Below are positions 14,101 through 26,270 of a stretch of DNA of 64,000 nucleotides, in pieces. The stretch comes from Neoechinorhynchus agilis (lineage: Eukaryota > Animalia > Acanthocephala), in assembly GCA_051530055.1 (NCBI GenBank), contig CM121342.1, forward strand, positions 1,894,797 to 1,958,796. The letters are read 5' to 3'. The position numbers and the translations under genes were made by a program. Under the pieces are notes generated by a model that saw nothing but the letters and a program-made list of their open reading frames with translations, ran no database searches and was not told the origin of the DNA. The first letter of the stretch is position 1, and every line of letters starts with the position of its first letter.

Positions 14101-14955
14101 TAGTTTTCAAGACGGGAAAATACCGTCCGTATAACAACTAATCCAGACAATTGATTACGGAACACATGTAATGATCCTGTTTTCGTTTTAAGAATCGTAA
14201 ATAAAACTCTTAAAAAAAATTTTGTTCTGATTGCCCTACTGAGTTTCTCAGTGTAAAAAGCGTTCACTTTCGTTCTAAGAATGTCTTAGCATCGGGCGAC
14301 TTGTTTGGGTCACACGATGACTCTGCATTCTACGGGATTTGTTGGTTCATTTTAGAGCCTGGAATGAGGCTGTTCGCAAAAACCCAGCTTTCAGTTTTGG
14401 ATTAGTTTTCAGGACGGGAATATACCGTCCGTATAACAACTAATCCAGACGATTGATTACGGAACACATGTAATGATCCTGTTTTTGTTTTAAGAATCGT
14501 AAATAAAACTCTTAAAAAAGAATTTTGTTCTGATTGCCCTACTGAGTTTCTCAGTGTAAAAAGCGTTTACTTTCGTTCTAAGAATGTCTTAGCATCGGGA
14601 GACTCGTTTTGGGTCACACGATGACTCTGCATTCTACGGGATTTGTTGGTTCAGTTTAGAGCCTGGAATGAGGCTGTTCGCAAAAACCCAGCTTTCAGTT
14701 TTGGATTAGTTTTCAGGACGGGAATATACCGTCCGTATAACAACTAATCCAGGCCACTGATTACGGAACACATGAAATGATCCCGTTTTCGTTTTAAGAA
14801 TCGTAAATAAAACTCTTAAAAAAAGAATTTTGTTCTGATTGCCCTACTGAGTTTCTCAGTGTAAAAAGCGTTCACTTTCGATCTGAGAATTTGATAGCAT
14901 CGGGAGACTCGTTTGAGTAACACGATGACTGCATTCTACGGGATTTGTTTGTTGA
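5191..14955. repeat. Tandem satellite, about 32-33 units of about 300-303 bp
   Basis: CTACTGAGTTTCTCAGTG recurs about every 302 bp from 5487 to 14841. Units are highly similar with no unique spacers, and the last unit is degenerate. Confidence 0.98.
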
Positions 14956-15183
14956 TATTAAGGCCTCCTTCTGTGCTCATCGGTAAGTTGATTTTGATCA
15001 AACGAAAGATTACTCATATCTAGAAAGTGGAGGTATTACGGCAACTGTGGGTTTATGGTTGAGCTCTTGTGAAAAGCTGTCTTCACGAACCCATCAATAA
15101 TTTAGGATTCGTAATGCCAGTGAGATATATTTCTCACTGCGAATGAATCCATTTAAAGGTGTAGCAATAAGCAGACAACCGAT

Positions 15184-15597
15184 TTACTTCTTCTTTTTGT
15201 CCGCAGTGGCCGTGGCTTTCTTTGTACCACGAATTTTCTTCTTAGCCTTTCTCAGCGTTTTTCTTTGTTTCCTGCTCTTTTTCTTTGGAACCGTCAAGCC
15301 CTGCCGAGCCAAACGGAAATTCGGTTCATACGATTTGGCATCTTTCATTGAGTCATAAATAAGGGCAAATCCACTAGACCGACCACCTCCAAAAGCAGTT
15401 CTCATTCCATAAACAAAACAGACATCAGGAGTTGTTTTGAATACAGTCGCCAAACGATCTCGAATATCTTTTTTGGATAAACAACATCGTCCGGGGTGTA
15501 GAACATCTACGACCATTTGACGACGAGCTAGCAGTCGATTCGTCATGAACTTCCTTGTTCGAATGGTAACCACACCTTTTAGGTCCGTTGAAGCCAT
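15184..15597 (-). CDS. RPS24: 40S ribosomal protein S24 (eS24), intronless
   Basis: [27 protein letters not shown] and [15 protein letters not shown] motifs; basic C-terminal tail. Confidence 0.97.
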   Translation of the reverse strand: MASTDLKGVVTIRTRKFMTNRLLARRQMVVDVLHPGRCCLSKKDIRDRLATVFKTTPDVCFVYGMRTAFGGGRSSGFALIYDSMKDAKSYEPNFRLARQGLTVPKKKSRKQRKTLRKAKKKIRGTKKATATADKKKK

Positions 15598-15639
15598 TGC
15601 TCCAAATCGTTGCTTTTGTTATATGGAGAGCGCTCCTTC

Positions 15640-15649
15640 GGAAGGAAAA
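15640..15649 (-). promoter_or_regulatory. Polypyrimidine TCT/5'TOP-like start motif of RPS24
   Basis: TTTTCCTTCC on the minus strand about 45 nt upstream of the ATG; typical of animal ribosomal protein genes. Confidence 0.35.
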
Positions 15650-15859
15650 TGCACGAATGTGGGAGGACGCGGAAGAACGATGCATGACGTAATGACTTGG
15701 ATATTTGTTTTGATGCGATGATACTGATGAGCTTTTGCGCTTATGCTCAAATGATCGTTGCTGATGTTTTTCTTTTTGCGATTTGTTGTTAATCTCATTG
15801 AAACAGCTATATTTTATACCCTAGGACTTGTAAAGAAGTTCATTTCTTTATGTATTTTT

Positions 15860-16530
15860 GGTGAAAAGAAGAATAGGTATTGATGTATTTATTCAAAAAT
15901 ATTTCGTCCGTTTCGTCGGAATGTTTCAAGTTGTTTCGCAAATTTGTTGCTTCAACACATTACTTTTTGAAACAACCTGAAGAAGGTCGACGTAACGGAG
16001 GTAGTATTTTTGAATTAATAAAATCATTCGTTACTCTTCGCATCAACAAAGAACACAAAAATATATTTCATGGCAAATTCAATTTCTGTATTTTTATTAA
16101 ATAGGCTTTTATTGGACATAGAAAGATTTTTAATAATTCCTTAAAAGCAAAATATTTCCATGCCGGTTACTATTTTTAGTAACATTTCGTTAACTATTTC
16201 TCTATTTTATGCGTGTTTTTTGGTGAGATGAGAAGAATAGATATTTATTCATTCCCAATATTTCGTCCGTCTCATCGATCAGGTTGTTTGAAACTTATTA
16301 CAACGTCCGGACGATATATCGAGAATAACAAAATAAATATCATATCGGCAAAATCCATCGGGATGGTAAATTTTGGCTAGAGTATAAAACTTGTATTTTC
16401 CTCAGAAAACAATGATTGATAAGGCGAGGTTTCCTCTCTTTCGAAATATTTCATTACAATAAATGATTTCTAACCGGGTGATTATCTTCACCACAAGTCA
16501 AAATAAATCAATATCTATTCTTCTAATAAA
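15860..16530. mobile_element. Cluster of about four degenerate copies, in both orientations, of a dispersed repeat with a hammerhead-like core; probable Penelope-like relics
   Basis: ATATTTCGTCCGT(C/T)TC(G/A)TCG at about 15900 and 16260; inverted CTGAAGAAGGTCGACGTAACGGA at about 15978; AATAAATCAATATCTATTCTTCT at about 16502. The same motifs occur at 24.6 kb and 36.3 kb. Confidence 0.5.
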
Positions 16531-17297
16531 CAAAGATGTTAGATCTGTGGAATTTGTCCGGTGTCCTCCATATTTTAATTTTCTTCTATCGACACTCTCG
16601 TTCACGTAAGCTCAATTTGTTCAAAATTTAGGATGATTAGGATTATTGTTTACAAGTCTTCACCCGGTAAAGCATTTATTAAAAAATGTTCTGCGAACCT
16701 CGCCGAGTTCATCATCATGATCATCAGTTAGCCTTATTTAAACGAAAAAGCTTTCAGTGGCGATTTTTGATCAATTTTTTACTATGTGACTTTTCTATTT
16801 CTCTTAAAAATGTTGCGTAATTATCGGCCTTTTTGTGTGATTAATGCCAGTGGTTTCATAATCAATTTCACGTTTGGAATTTATTTAAATTTTCAGGATT
16901 AAAAATTCGTTACAAAAAGTACTTCGTTCTTTACCTTCCGATCTTAGGTTTAGTGGATCAAATTGATCGTAACATTTTACACTCTCATTTTCCGAGTTTT
17001 AGCGATCTTGAACACGATTAACAATTCGGTTTTTAATGCTATTTAGAAGCTCCGTAAAATTATTCTCTCGCCATTAAGATAGTTCGTGCCTTTGGACCAA
17101 GCACCGTAGAATTTTTAACCTTGGAAAATGGTTAGTAGTAGATTCAGAAAGGGAATCCTGGATCATCTGTCTGACCGTTCCCATCGAAACTTTTTTTTAA
17201 TTTCTTAGGAACAATATGTTAGTGCCTAACACATACAATTGTGCACTAGTGAGCTTGTGAGCTTCAAATGTTTTTTGAAACTCTATTATTGTTGCAG

Positions 17298-18588
17298 ATG
17301 TCTGACACTGAAGAGGCAAAGGAGCAAACGAAATCCGGAAAACTTGACAACCAACCTGATGAAGAGTTTAAACTGGAATCGAATGAACACAACGAAGACG
17401 ACGATTCGTTTAGAACGCCCCGTTTGGAGGATCAGATTTGTCCGAATTGTCACACGAGCAAGCACCACGACCCTCAGATGGTTCTGTACGTAGGGACGTG
17501 TTCCCATTCATTGTGTAAACGCTGCTTGGACTCTCAATTCAAACAAGATCAAGGAAAATGTCCCACTTGTAGTGTGGATTTGCGAAAACGGTATTTTAAA
17601 CCACAAATGTTTGATGATCCCCGTCTAGATCGCGCAACGGATATCCGAAGAATGTTGGTGAAACGATACTATTTAATTGAAGAAGATTTCGATACATGCG
17701 ATGAATATTACGAGTACGTCGATGAGTTTGAGGAGATTTACTATAATCTTGTGGAAAATATAGACAAGGAAGAGACCAAGAATCGATTGGACAATTTCAG
17801 GCTGAAATATGCGATCTTTATTGCTTTCATCGTGGTCTTTAATGTGAGAGTAAAAGGTCTAGTACAAGGATTTGTTCAATAAGTCTCAGGGTAGAATAGA
17901 TCCTGTGATTGCGCGGATTAATATGGCTTTAGAAGAAGAAAAGAATAAGGCTAAACCCGGCGAAATGGAACGCGAACAGAGAATCATGAAGGTGAAGGCA
18001 GGTGTGGAGATAAAGGAAGAGATGGTGCGGAAAATTTTGTCGAAGAAAGGAGTTTCAAAGGTGAAGCCTGAAATAAAGCGAAAACCAGAGGAACCACAGG
18101 ATTCGAAATGGGCTTATATCTATAGGCCAGTTAAACGGAGAGTGCAGCGAACCATAGGGACGAAACCAATGATGAATTGGCAAACAAAAGATAAGTTTTT
18201 ACCTCATGATGTTAGTAAGCGGTTTCTTGAAGTCGTTAAGGACGTCCGAAGTGCATCGTCCAGTTTGAAATCAACGAGTGAAGCGTTGAGTGACAGAAGT
18301 GCTTTATACGGAGAAGCAAAGCAATTATCTATCCAATCGGATGATCCTGGAGGATATTCGGTCGATGTGTACATCTCTCGGCTAATGGCTCTTGGATTTT
18401 CGAATCTAAAATACGGACGTAACACTCAGTTGATGCTAGCGAACAAACAATTAAAGCCTAATCAATTTGCTCGGAATCAGCGGCCTCGTACTTTTGCAAC
18501 GGCAATGAAGCGACGTGCTCGTAGTGGAAGTCTTTCCAAATCGAAAAAGATTCCGAGAACCACTTCCGCAAACTTAAAGCGGAATTAG
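17298..18588 (+). CDS. MNAT1: CDK-activating kinase assembly factor MAT1 (RING finger); intron 17844-17889
   Basis: C3HC4 RING CPNC...CSHSLCKRC...CPTC followed by KPQMFDDPRLDRATDIRR and acidic EEDFDTCDEYYEY. A 46-nt GT-AG intron joins the two ORFs in phase 0. Confidence 0.88.
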
Positions 18589-19317
18589 TAGGAAACAGTG
18601 AGCTGTGATCGTTTTAAATCACTCAACTGCAAAATATCGATTTATAGTACATATTATGAAATTTCTTAAATGCATTTGTAAAAAGTACTGTTTGCTAATT
18701 TTTGAGATTCCTATCCTTAGCTTATTTTAGGCTTTCTTATTTACTTTAAAGCTTTTGTATTCCTTATATACTAAACAAATTTTAATCCTGTTATTTTCAC
18801 GTTTACCACAAATCCCATATTTCCCCGTCCTTATCAATATTAACGTCTTTTAGATTCAACATTAACTGAGATAATCAAAACAAATAACGAAACTAGAATG
18901 CACTTTGTTGTTATATACGAAAAATAGGAATGCTTAAATGTTTCATATTACCTTAAATTTATGTAGTGGTTTTCGCCACCAACATTGATTGAATTTGTCT
19001 GCACTCAATTGCAGCCTCATTTCTTATTGCGGTCTCTTTGAATCACACTTGGTCGAGAATGCATTTCTACAGCGAAATCGTAAGTCTTAATTTAAACAAT
19101 TATTCCAACGTCAAAACAACCTATTTCGCAAGTTTTCGATGTTTAAAACTTATAAACCGTTATCAATAATTATAGCTTTTTTCACTTAGCTGACTCTTCA
19201 ACATGAAAATGTTTAGATGCGCTTGAGGCTTGCGTAACAATTCACCATGCTCCCGAAATTTTTAAAGAATCCAACGATTAAAGCCCCCATCTCCGAAAAT
19301 ACAAACCCCGTTTTTCA

Positions 19318-22300
19318 TTACTGACTTCGAGCAGTTCTCTTAACAGAAGAGATTCCGTCTTTAAAACAGGTTTTAAGTAGAACATTTGCGTTTTCGAACA
19401 TTCCATTTTTTAGACTGACCACAATGAATTGTGCATCTTTAAAGAAAGTCCTAATCATTTTCCCAATATTTTCAGTGTGCGCCAAATCGAGAGCTGCATC
19501 GATTTCATCAAGAAAGTACACCGGAGCAGGATTGTACCGCAGCATCGCGAGTATTAAAGAAAGTGCTGCTAATGATCGTTGGCCTCCACTAAGTTCCTGA
19601 AGAGAATCCTTCCATCTACCTTCGAATCCGACCCGGATACCAAGTCCGTCGTCCAAAAGGATCCCACGGCCTGGAATGTAGAGCTCAGCCGTAGCTCCTT
19701 TTAAGAGCGATGAAAATATTTTGCCAAAATCTTCATTTACCTTTCTCCAGCAGCGAGTAACGGCATCAACTCTATAGTAGTCCCAACTGCTCACCATCCC
19801 AGTGATTTTGTTACGGTCTGAAATCACCACGTCCTTACGAAAGGTCAGTTCGCGATATTCTCGCTCTCGATCTTCCAACAAGTGAATACTTTTTAGATCC
19901 ACGATCTTTTGCAGTTCACTGTGACGTCTAGATAAATCCTTTTCCAAATTAACCATTTCTCTAAAGGTGATTTTTATTTCATCTAAATCCGCTTTCTCTA
20001 ACTCTTCCAAGACCCACTTATTAGATTTCAAAAATCGTCTTACGAATTCCTTCTTCGCATCCAAATCCTCTTTTAAACGAACCAACTCAAGTTCGGTCTC
20101 ATGCTCAGCAGTTTCGCAATTTTTGCGCTTTTTCATCAAATTGTCAATGCAAACGATAAGACTTGAGAGTTTTTGATTCTGAGCAGTCTTTGTCGCTTCA
20201 ATCTCATCAACTTGCGATCTCGCCTGCTTGTAATATAGTTGCCTCTTTTCTAATTCCGCGATTGCCTCTTTTAATCCAACCTTGGCACATTCCATGGTCT
20301 CTTTAATTTTCTGTTTATCCGTCTCCATTGACTCCAACTGAATCCGATGAACTTCAATCTCTACACGAAGTGCATCACGGCTCGATCTAATTTGCTCCAA
20401 CTTCTCTCCAACTTTTGTTTTTTCGTTAATCAATCGCTTTAAATCAGCCTCCGATGATTCTCCAATAAGACCATTTTCCGCCTCTTGAACACGTTTAACC
20501 AGATCTAGCCGTCTATTGGTCACTTCGTCAAACTCATTCTTACACTCTTTTAGTTCTTTTTGTAAGCGTGCAATCACTTCTTCCTCAGAAAACTCAATTC
20601 GATTCCGAATGTCCGCTAACTCAACTTCTATGTCGCTCCTTTTCTTTTCCAATTCCATTCTCAATTGATCACATTGCTGGCGTTTAGACAAATCGTTATC
20701 TAGTTTTGCTATTCTATTTTGAACGTCACATAATCTTTTTCTCAATGGAAACCGTCGCATTTCGGCGTCTAAACACAATTCATGATTACGATTAACACTT
20801 CCACCACTCAATATCCCAGCTGGATTCGCTTCATCGCCATCAAGCGTAACTGCAAATGAACCAATCCGCCGGTCAAACGCGATCTTATTAGCCGTAGCCA
20901 AATCTGAACACACAAAAGAGCTTCCAAACACCCATTCCATCACACCTGCCAATCTAAGATCATCCACGTGAACCAATTGAACAGCCGGCCAAACTTGCCC
21001 TCCACATTCCTCCTCAGCTGTCTTAATAACTCGATCACTAAGACAACGCGGTTGAATTGTGTCCAATGGAACAAACGTAACTCGACCACGAAGACCGCCT
21101 CGCTTCAACAACAATTTTGCGGTTTCCATTCGATCGACAACGACATTGAACAACCGTGCTTTTGCAATTGTTTCAATCGCTCTAGCGAACTTATTGTGTT
21201 CCTTTACTTGGAAAAGAGAAATTATTGGACCATAGACACGTTGCGTACGGTCGAAACCAGGCTCTGGATTATCATATCGGAACTCGTATGATGAATCGAG
21301 TTTAGATTCCAGACTAGAAGCCTCGCGCCTCAATTCTCCCAATTCACATGTAAGTTCTTTAGCCGATAAAGGATTATCTCGATCAATCTGGTTTAATCGT
21401 TCGCTCACTTCCTTCAGACTAGACTCTAGTGCGACTAAACGGCCTCGAAGCTCCTCGGGCCTAAGAGAGGAACGTCGCTTTTTTGTCATGTTCACATCAA
21501 TATTTTCATTCAGCCTCTGCAATCGAGTTTGTAAACGAGCACGGATTTTCTCAATCTCGTTTAATTGGGTCTTGAGTTTTAAAAGATACGCGTTCAGAGT
21601 AACAATAGATCCGTCGTCCGAATCCACAACCTGACCCGTTTTCGCAGCTTTTCGCGCATTTTCACACCGTCTGACTTCTTCCATCAATTGATTATACACA
21701 GTTTCGGTCGCGTCAAGATCCGAGCAAACTTTCTCATAGGGCTTACTTTGAGCGTCCATTTTTCCACAAACGATTGCGCACTCTTCTTCAATAGACCGAA
21801 GATTCTCGAGTTCGGTCTCAATGGTATTCTTCAGAGACGAAACCTTACTCTCAGCTTGACATTGTGACTTTAAAGCTTTCCGAACAATTTCACTCGCTTC
21901 CTTGTACTTATCGTCATTCGTCTCTTTCATTCGCATTGATTCTTTTTCTCTCTTACACTTCTCAATCTCGTTCAAAATCCCAGGTTTCTCATCTCTAATA
22001 CTTTTTAACCGTTCATCAACCTTCTCTACTTCTATTTGAACATTCGATAACTCCTCATTTGCCGTCACATAACGACCCAACATTACTTTTCGTTCCACTT
22101 TCGCAATCTCACGTTCAACTTCTTGAAGTTCATCGAACACTTGTCTGTCCTTTTGAATACGTCCAAGTTCCGGACCAATATTCTCGCTCATCAACGTGGT
22201 GATTTCGCTCAATTTAGTGTCCTTTCTCTCAATAACGCGCATAACGATGTCTTTTTTGCTATTATAAACCGAAGTTCCAGCAGTTGTGTCGATCAATCGC

Positions 22301-22785
22301 AACACATCTAAGGGCTTCATCCCTAAGACCTTCACAATCTGTCCTTGCATAACTAGAAAGTGAGGATTATTGGTGTCCATTCCCTGACTGGCCAACGTCT
22401 CCCACAAAACCTTATTAGTAACCACTGATCCGGCGATTGTGAGTTTGGACTGGCCGCGAGTGTCCACCATCCTCGTGATTGAGAGTTCATTAAGGTGTTT
22501 GTAGGCAAATGGACGATCTTTAACTTCGCTCATATCGAACACTACGGTCACCGCGGCTGATTCAACTCCACCAGTGCCGTGTTTGTAGATAAGATCACGC
22601 AGGTTCTGGGCTCGCATTTGAGTTGTGCTAGCCATTCCTAGCGTAAAGCATATGCCGTCCAGAATATTCGATTTTCCCGTTCCGTTCAAACCAGTGATTG
22701 CGTTAAAATGCTCGTCAAATGGACCGATCTCAGTTCGCTGAGGATACGATTTGAAGCCGTCCAAGATAACCTTCTTTATATGCAT
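19318..22785 (-). CDS. SMC2: Condensin subunit SMC2, intronless, about 1155 aa
   Basis: MHIKKVILDGFKSY, FNAITGLNGTGKSNILD (Walker A), HFLVMQGQI, hinge region, LSGGQRSL signature, LDEIDAALD (Walker B). Confidence 0.97.
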   Translation of the reverse strand: MHIKKVILDGFKSYPQRTEIGPFDEHFNAITGLNGTGKSNILDGICFTLGMASTTQMRAQNLRDLIYKHGTGGVESAAVTVVFDMSEVKDRPFAYKHLNELSITRMVDTRGQSKLTIAGSVVTNKVLWETLASQGMDTNNPHFLVMQGQIVKVLGMKPLDVLRLIDTTAGTSVYNSKKDIVMRVIERKDTKLSEITTLMSENIGPELGRIQKDRQVFDELQEVEREIAKVERKVMLGRYVTANEELSNVQIEVEKVDERLKSIRDEKPGILNEIEKCKREKESMRMKETNDDKYKEASEIVRKALKSQCQAESKVSSLKNTIETELENLRSIEEECAIVCGKMDAQSKPYEKVCSDLDATETVYNQLMEEVRRCENARKAAKTGQVVDSDDGSIVTLNAYLLKLKTQLNEIEKIRARLQTRLQRLNENIDVNMTKKRRSSLRPEELRGRLVALESSLKEVSERLNQIDRDNPLSAKELTCELGELRREASSLESKLDSSYEFRYDNPEPGFDRTQRVYGPIISLFQVKEHNKFARAIETIAKARLFNVVVDRMETAKLLLKRGGLRGRVTFVPLDTIQPRCLSDRVIKTAEEECGGQVWPAVQLVHVDDLRLAGVMEWVFGSSFVCSDLATANKIAFDRRIGSFAVTLDGDEANPAGILSGGSVNRNHELCLDAEMRRFPLRKRLCDVQNRIAKLDNDLSKRQQCDQLRMELEKKRSDIEVELADIRNRIEFSEEEVIARLQKELKECKNEFDEVTNRRLDLVKRVQEAENGLIGESSEADLKRLINEKTKVGEKLEQIRSSRDALRVEIEVHRIQLESMETDKQKIKETMECAKVGLKEAIAELEKRQLYYKQARSQVDEIEATKTAQNQKLSSLIVCIDNLMKKRKNCETAEHETELELVRLKEDLDAKKEFVRRFLKSNKWVLEELEKADLDEIKITFREMVNLEKDLSRRHSELQKIVDLKSIHLLEDREREYRELTFRKDVVISDRNKITGMVSSWDYYRVDAVTRCWRKVNEDFGKIFSSLLKGATAELYIPGRGILLDDGLGIRVGFEGRWKDSLQELSGGQRSLAALSLILAMLRYNPAPVYFLDEIDAALDLAHTENIGKMIRTFFKDAQFIVVSLKNGMFENANVLLKTCFKDGISSVKRTARSQ

Positions 22786-23084
22786 TAAGATTACCAATTA
22801 AAAATCGAGGAGTCTATGAAAATCGCAAATGCCCAAAATTCTGACTGGTCACGACGAGTGACGTATATCGCACTCACAATAATTCTTTTTAGCTTAAGAG
22901 CGCTATCGTAAAGTATAAAATGTGATTATGTTGTTTTTAAGATGCTTTTACTCTTAAAATTCTGGTTTGGCTCCTCGTCAAAATCACCCTTTTTAGATTA
23001 CGAGCTACTAAAATGTTTTTGTTGAAGCCTCTTTTTTTTAATTGAGCGAAACTGCTTTATTTTTCCCTATGGAAACGATCATCC

Positions 23085-26000
23085 TTATTCCTTCTGTTCG
23101 TCGCTTCCTTTAAATACGTCCAACCAGATTTTCCGGATTGCCTGCTTTGCCTCCAGGTATGCTTCCTTGTATTGTTCTCCTGATGAGTCTTCATTTGCCA
23201 ACACTTTCTTCAAATCGCTTACAGTTTCGCCAAGACGATCCAACTCCTTTTCGGACTGTCTTAGATTTATCCTTTCAGAACGAAGCTCACCCTCCAGCTC
23301 CTGTACCTTAAGCTCAAGCTCTCCAATCAACTGATCTTTTATTTTCACAGATTCCAACGTGCGATCCATTTCAATAAGTTCGTTTTGGTATTCAATCGTG
23401 CAACCATTCACTAGAGCTCCTTCATTAGACGTCTTTGCGAGTGATGCCAATCTTTGTTCCATTTTCATGACAAATTGAGCAGGTTCCTCGCCTTCTCGAA
23501 ACTCACACATCTTCTTCTCCTCCTGGTCAGCCACATCCGTGACATTTCTATAATAGAACCTATCAGCGCCATTCGATTGAGCACAAACTCGTTTCACAGT
23601 CGCATCAATCTCTGCTCTGGTCATTGGGTACTCACTGATGGTCAAAATTGAACTAAGATCCGTTTGACTAAGGTATCGCTTCTTATGTCTGTCAAAGAAC
23701 GATATAGCGAATAAAACTTTCGGTAGCTTTGTGGAATACGTTGAAGCAGTCTCTATTACGTATCCGTATGGATTTAAGCGTCGTTTAAGTGGTGGTGAAG
23801 AATCAGTCTTTATCGATCCTGGACGTTTTCTATTTCCATCACCTTTGATACACTGAACTTTACTAAGAACTTGAGCGATCGATTGCGCATGACAGGTACC
23901 TAAAAGACCATTGAGACACTCAGCGAACAAGTAAAGCTCAAAAGTCTGCTCTCTTGTACATTCCTTTTGGCCAAGAAGATCCGCTAGTGACCGTGTTGTT
24001 AAAAAGAAATTGCCGGATTTGGCTAAGCGACTGGCGTGGACCACCAACGACGGAGGATGTTTACTTAAATCGTACGCTGAACGAAGACTACCGCTCGTGG
24101 AATCGTCAATAATGATTGCATCGTCGTCTTTGATTACAGGAGTCTGCTTATTCTTAAACTCCTCCGCGTACATGTCACGCACTTGTTGCCATTCAGCATC
24201 ATTCGCTGGCATCAGATTCCATACATCCGGGCACAAAAACGTCACCGTCTCCGGCCCTGAATCCCGTATGTACTCGAATTCTAGAAACTTTGTCCATCTT
24301 GAACAACGACTCAAGTCCAATCCACTCAAATCCTTATCACATGCGTCCGTCCTCCGTGTATTTGCGGGGGTAGTGGGTAAACGAAATGAAGGGCTTCGAT
24401 AAAGTTGTTTAAATGACATTTTTCCTAAATAGCTCAGATTGTTCTAAAAAAAGAGAGTTGCAATTTTTGTTTGGGTTTTCGATCCCAGAATTATCTTTGA
24501 TTAAATGCAACCAAAATCTCTCCAATATGCTGGACCTACAAAACGATGAACACCTACAAAAAATCTTTAAGTATATGTTCTTTGGTTACGAGAAAAATAG
24601 ATATTGATTTTTTAATTGAGAAATATTTCGTCCGTCTCGTCGGAGTTCTTCAGATTACTTGTAAGTTTTTTAAATAAGTGACTTCGACACGAAGATCAAT
24701 AAAAAAATTTTATAATCACCAAAGAACACATAATTGAACAACTTAACAAAAATCTTAAAATTGTGTTTGTGTGTGCGCTCGCGAGATCCGTAATGATCCA
24801 CATGATAAAAGGATTAAAAGATGAAATTTAAATATGATGAAAAATTTTAAGAAATGAAATTAAAAAAAAGAAGTTATATATCCCAAAATACTTGATTATG
24901 AGTAATTCTAAATCGTGAATTTACAAAAAAAGTGCGAGCTAGAGCACACCTTTTTCTAATTTGGGTGTGGTAAATTAATAGTGCTAACTATTCGATTTTT
25001 AATAAGTGAAATTTAAAAAGGGATGTGAACTCGATCTTATTTTCTCGTTCACAGATTGAGAATAATAATGATAACACATTTAAAAAGAACGTATTTTTAA
25101 TATCTCTCAAATATTTTATTTGAGGTCCGATGCGGTGAAACCTCACAAATACTTTTTTATTTTGTAAGTGAGAACTTACCTATGATGATAATATTCATTA
25201 AAAACGTTCCAAAGCGGTCGAAGACAAAAACAACAATATCCAATTTAATCAATAACCCCAGTAGACCTCCCATATCGACACAAGAAAGAAGGGCGATGCG
25301 ACATACTGCATCGCGTTCTGAATAAAATTACAAAATTACTCGGACACTCATGTCCTTACTTTTATATTAACGATTCGACTTCTCCAAATTAAAATTCAGA
25401 AAAAAATATATAAGCTAGAGCCTATTTACTCTTGACCAGAACACGATTGATCAATTATCATCAGGTTTGTTTATAAAATGTAGGATTTTCAGGCGTATTT
25501 CTCAATGCGAGTCCAAGTGGAAGATTAAAAGAAAAAAGTTATGGTGCATTTACCTAAAATAGGAGCACAATTGTTAGAATGCCGCCAAAAAGCAAAAAAA
25601 AAGTTTAGCTTCGTCTTCATAACACCCACCTTTTGCCTGATTGGAAAATATTCCCCCATGACGGACTCCTGTATCTACATGTCCTTATTGCAGTATTCAC
25701 TAAAGTTCCCAAATTAGCTGGATCTGCACCATCCAATTCTGGATCCCAGTATCCTCCAATGGCAACCACGTCCTCTCTAGCATTTTTAGATCTTCTATAG
25801 CCTAACAAATACTTGATCAAGTGGCTCTGGTGTATTTTTCCACTGGCACTGCTACCGGATCCATTTTCATGTTCGCATAAATCACAAACTTCTCGATGCA
25901 TTTGACAAACGTCTGGTATTTCCAAGAGCATCACCTTTACGTGGTGTCGAAGACACTTTGGTTCTTGAATATCCCCGGAAACCATGGAACAAGGTCGATC

Positions 26001-26270
26001 AACTAAATCACGATCCATAATATGATACCGACATGGACCTGTTAGTAGAGTAACTGCGGTCTTTTTACCCATTTGCTTATAGCTAAGGTTCATCCTGATG
26101 AACGTACTCGGTAAATATATCCTCGGGAACCGGAAACGAAGACTATTTGCGTTTAGATAGGTTTCGTCGTTTGTAACTATCAGACGCGGCAAACAGATTG
26201 AATCCTCTGCTGGATCAGCTCTTTGTCGTCGGCTTGAACTTCGACGTATCAAAGGTGAGCGACGTCTCAT
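23085..26270 (-). CDS. CCAR1: CCAR1/CCAR2 (DBC1) family protein, split by a 1.3-kb intron/insertion inside the DBC1 domain
   Basis: 5' part KVMLL...AIGGYWDPELDGADP...NTAIRTC; 3' part LSGLDLSRCSRW, ETVTFLCPDVW, FELYLFAE and EF-hand-like FFDRHKKRYL. These match my recollection of CCAR1 motifs. Candidate intron 25629-24352. Confidence 0.8.
24344..25671. mobile_element. AT-rich insertion in CCAR1 flanked by a near-direct repeat CATGT(A)GATA; contains a Penelope-like relic
   Basis: On the minus strand, CATGTAGATA at 25681-25672 and CATGTGATA at 24343-24335. Removing the insert plus the upstream repeat gives the continuous peptide TAIRTC-DKDLSGLDLS. Confidence 0.5.
24600..24653 (-). ncRNA. Hammerhead-ribozyme-like core, probably degenerate
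   Basis: CTGAAGA-AC-TCCG ACGAGA CGGA-C-GAAA-TATT...AATA-TC: core nucleotides, stem II and stem III with an AUC triplet are present. Stem I does not pair convincingly. Confidence 0.4.

Noticed and set aside
19010-19281. Possible two-exon small gene between MNAT1 and SMC2
   Set aside because: An in-frame join is possible, but I found no start codon and no recognisable motif.
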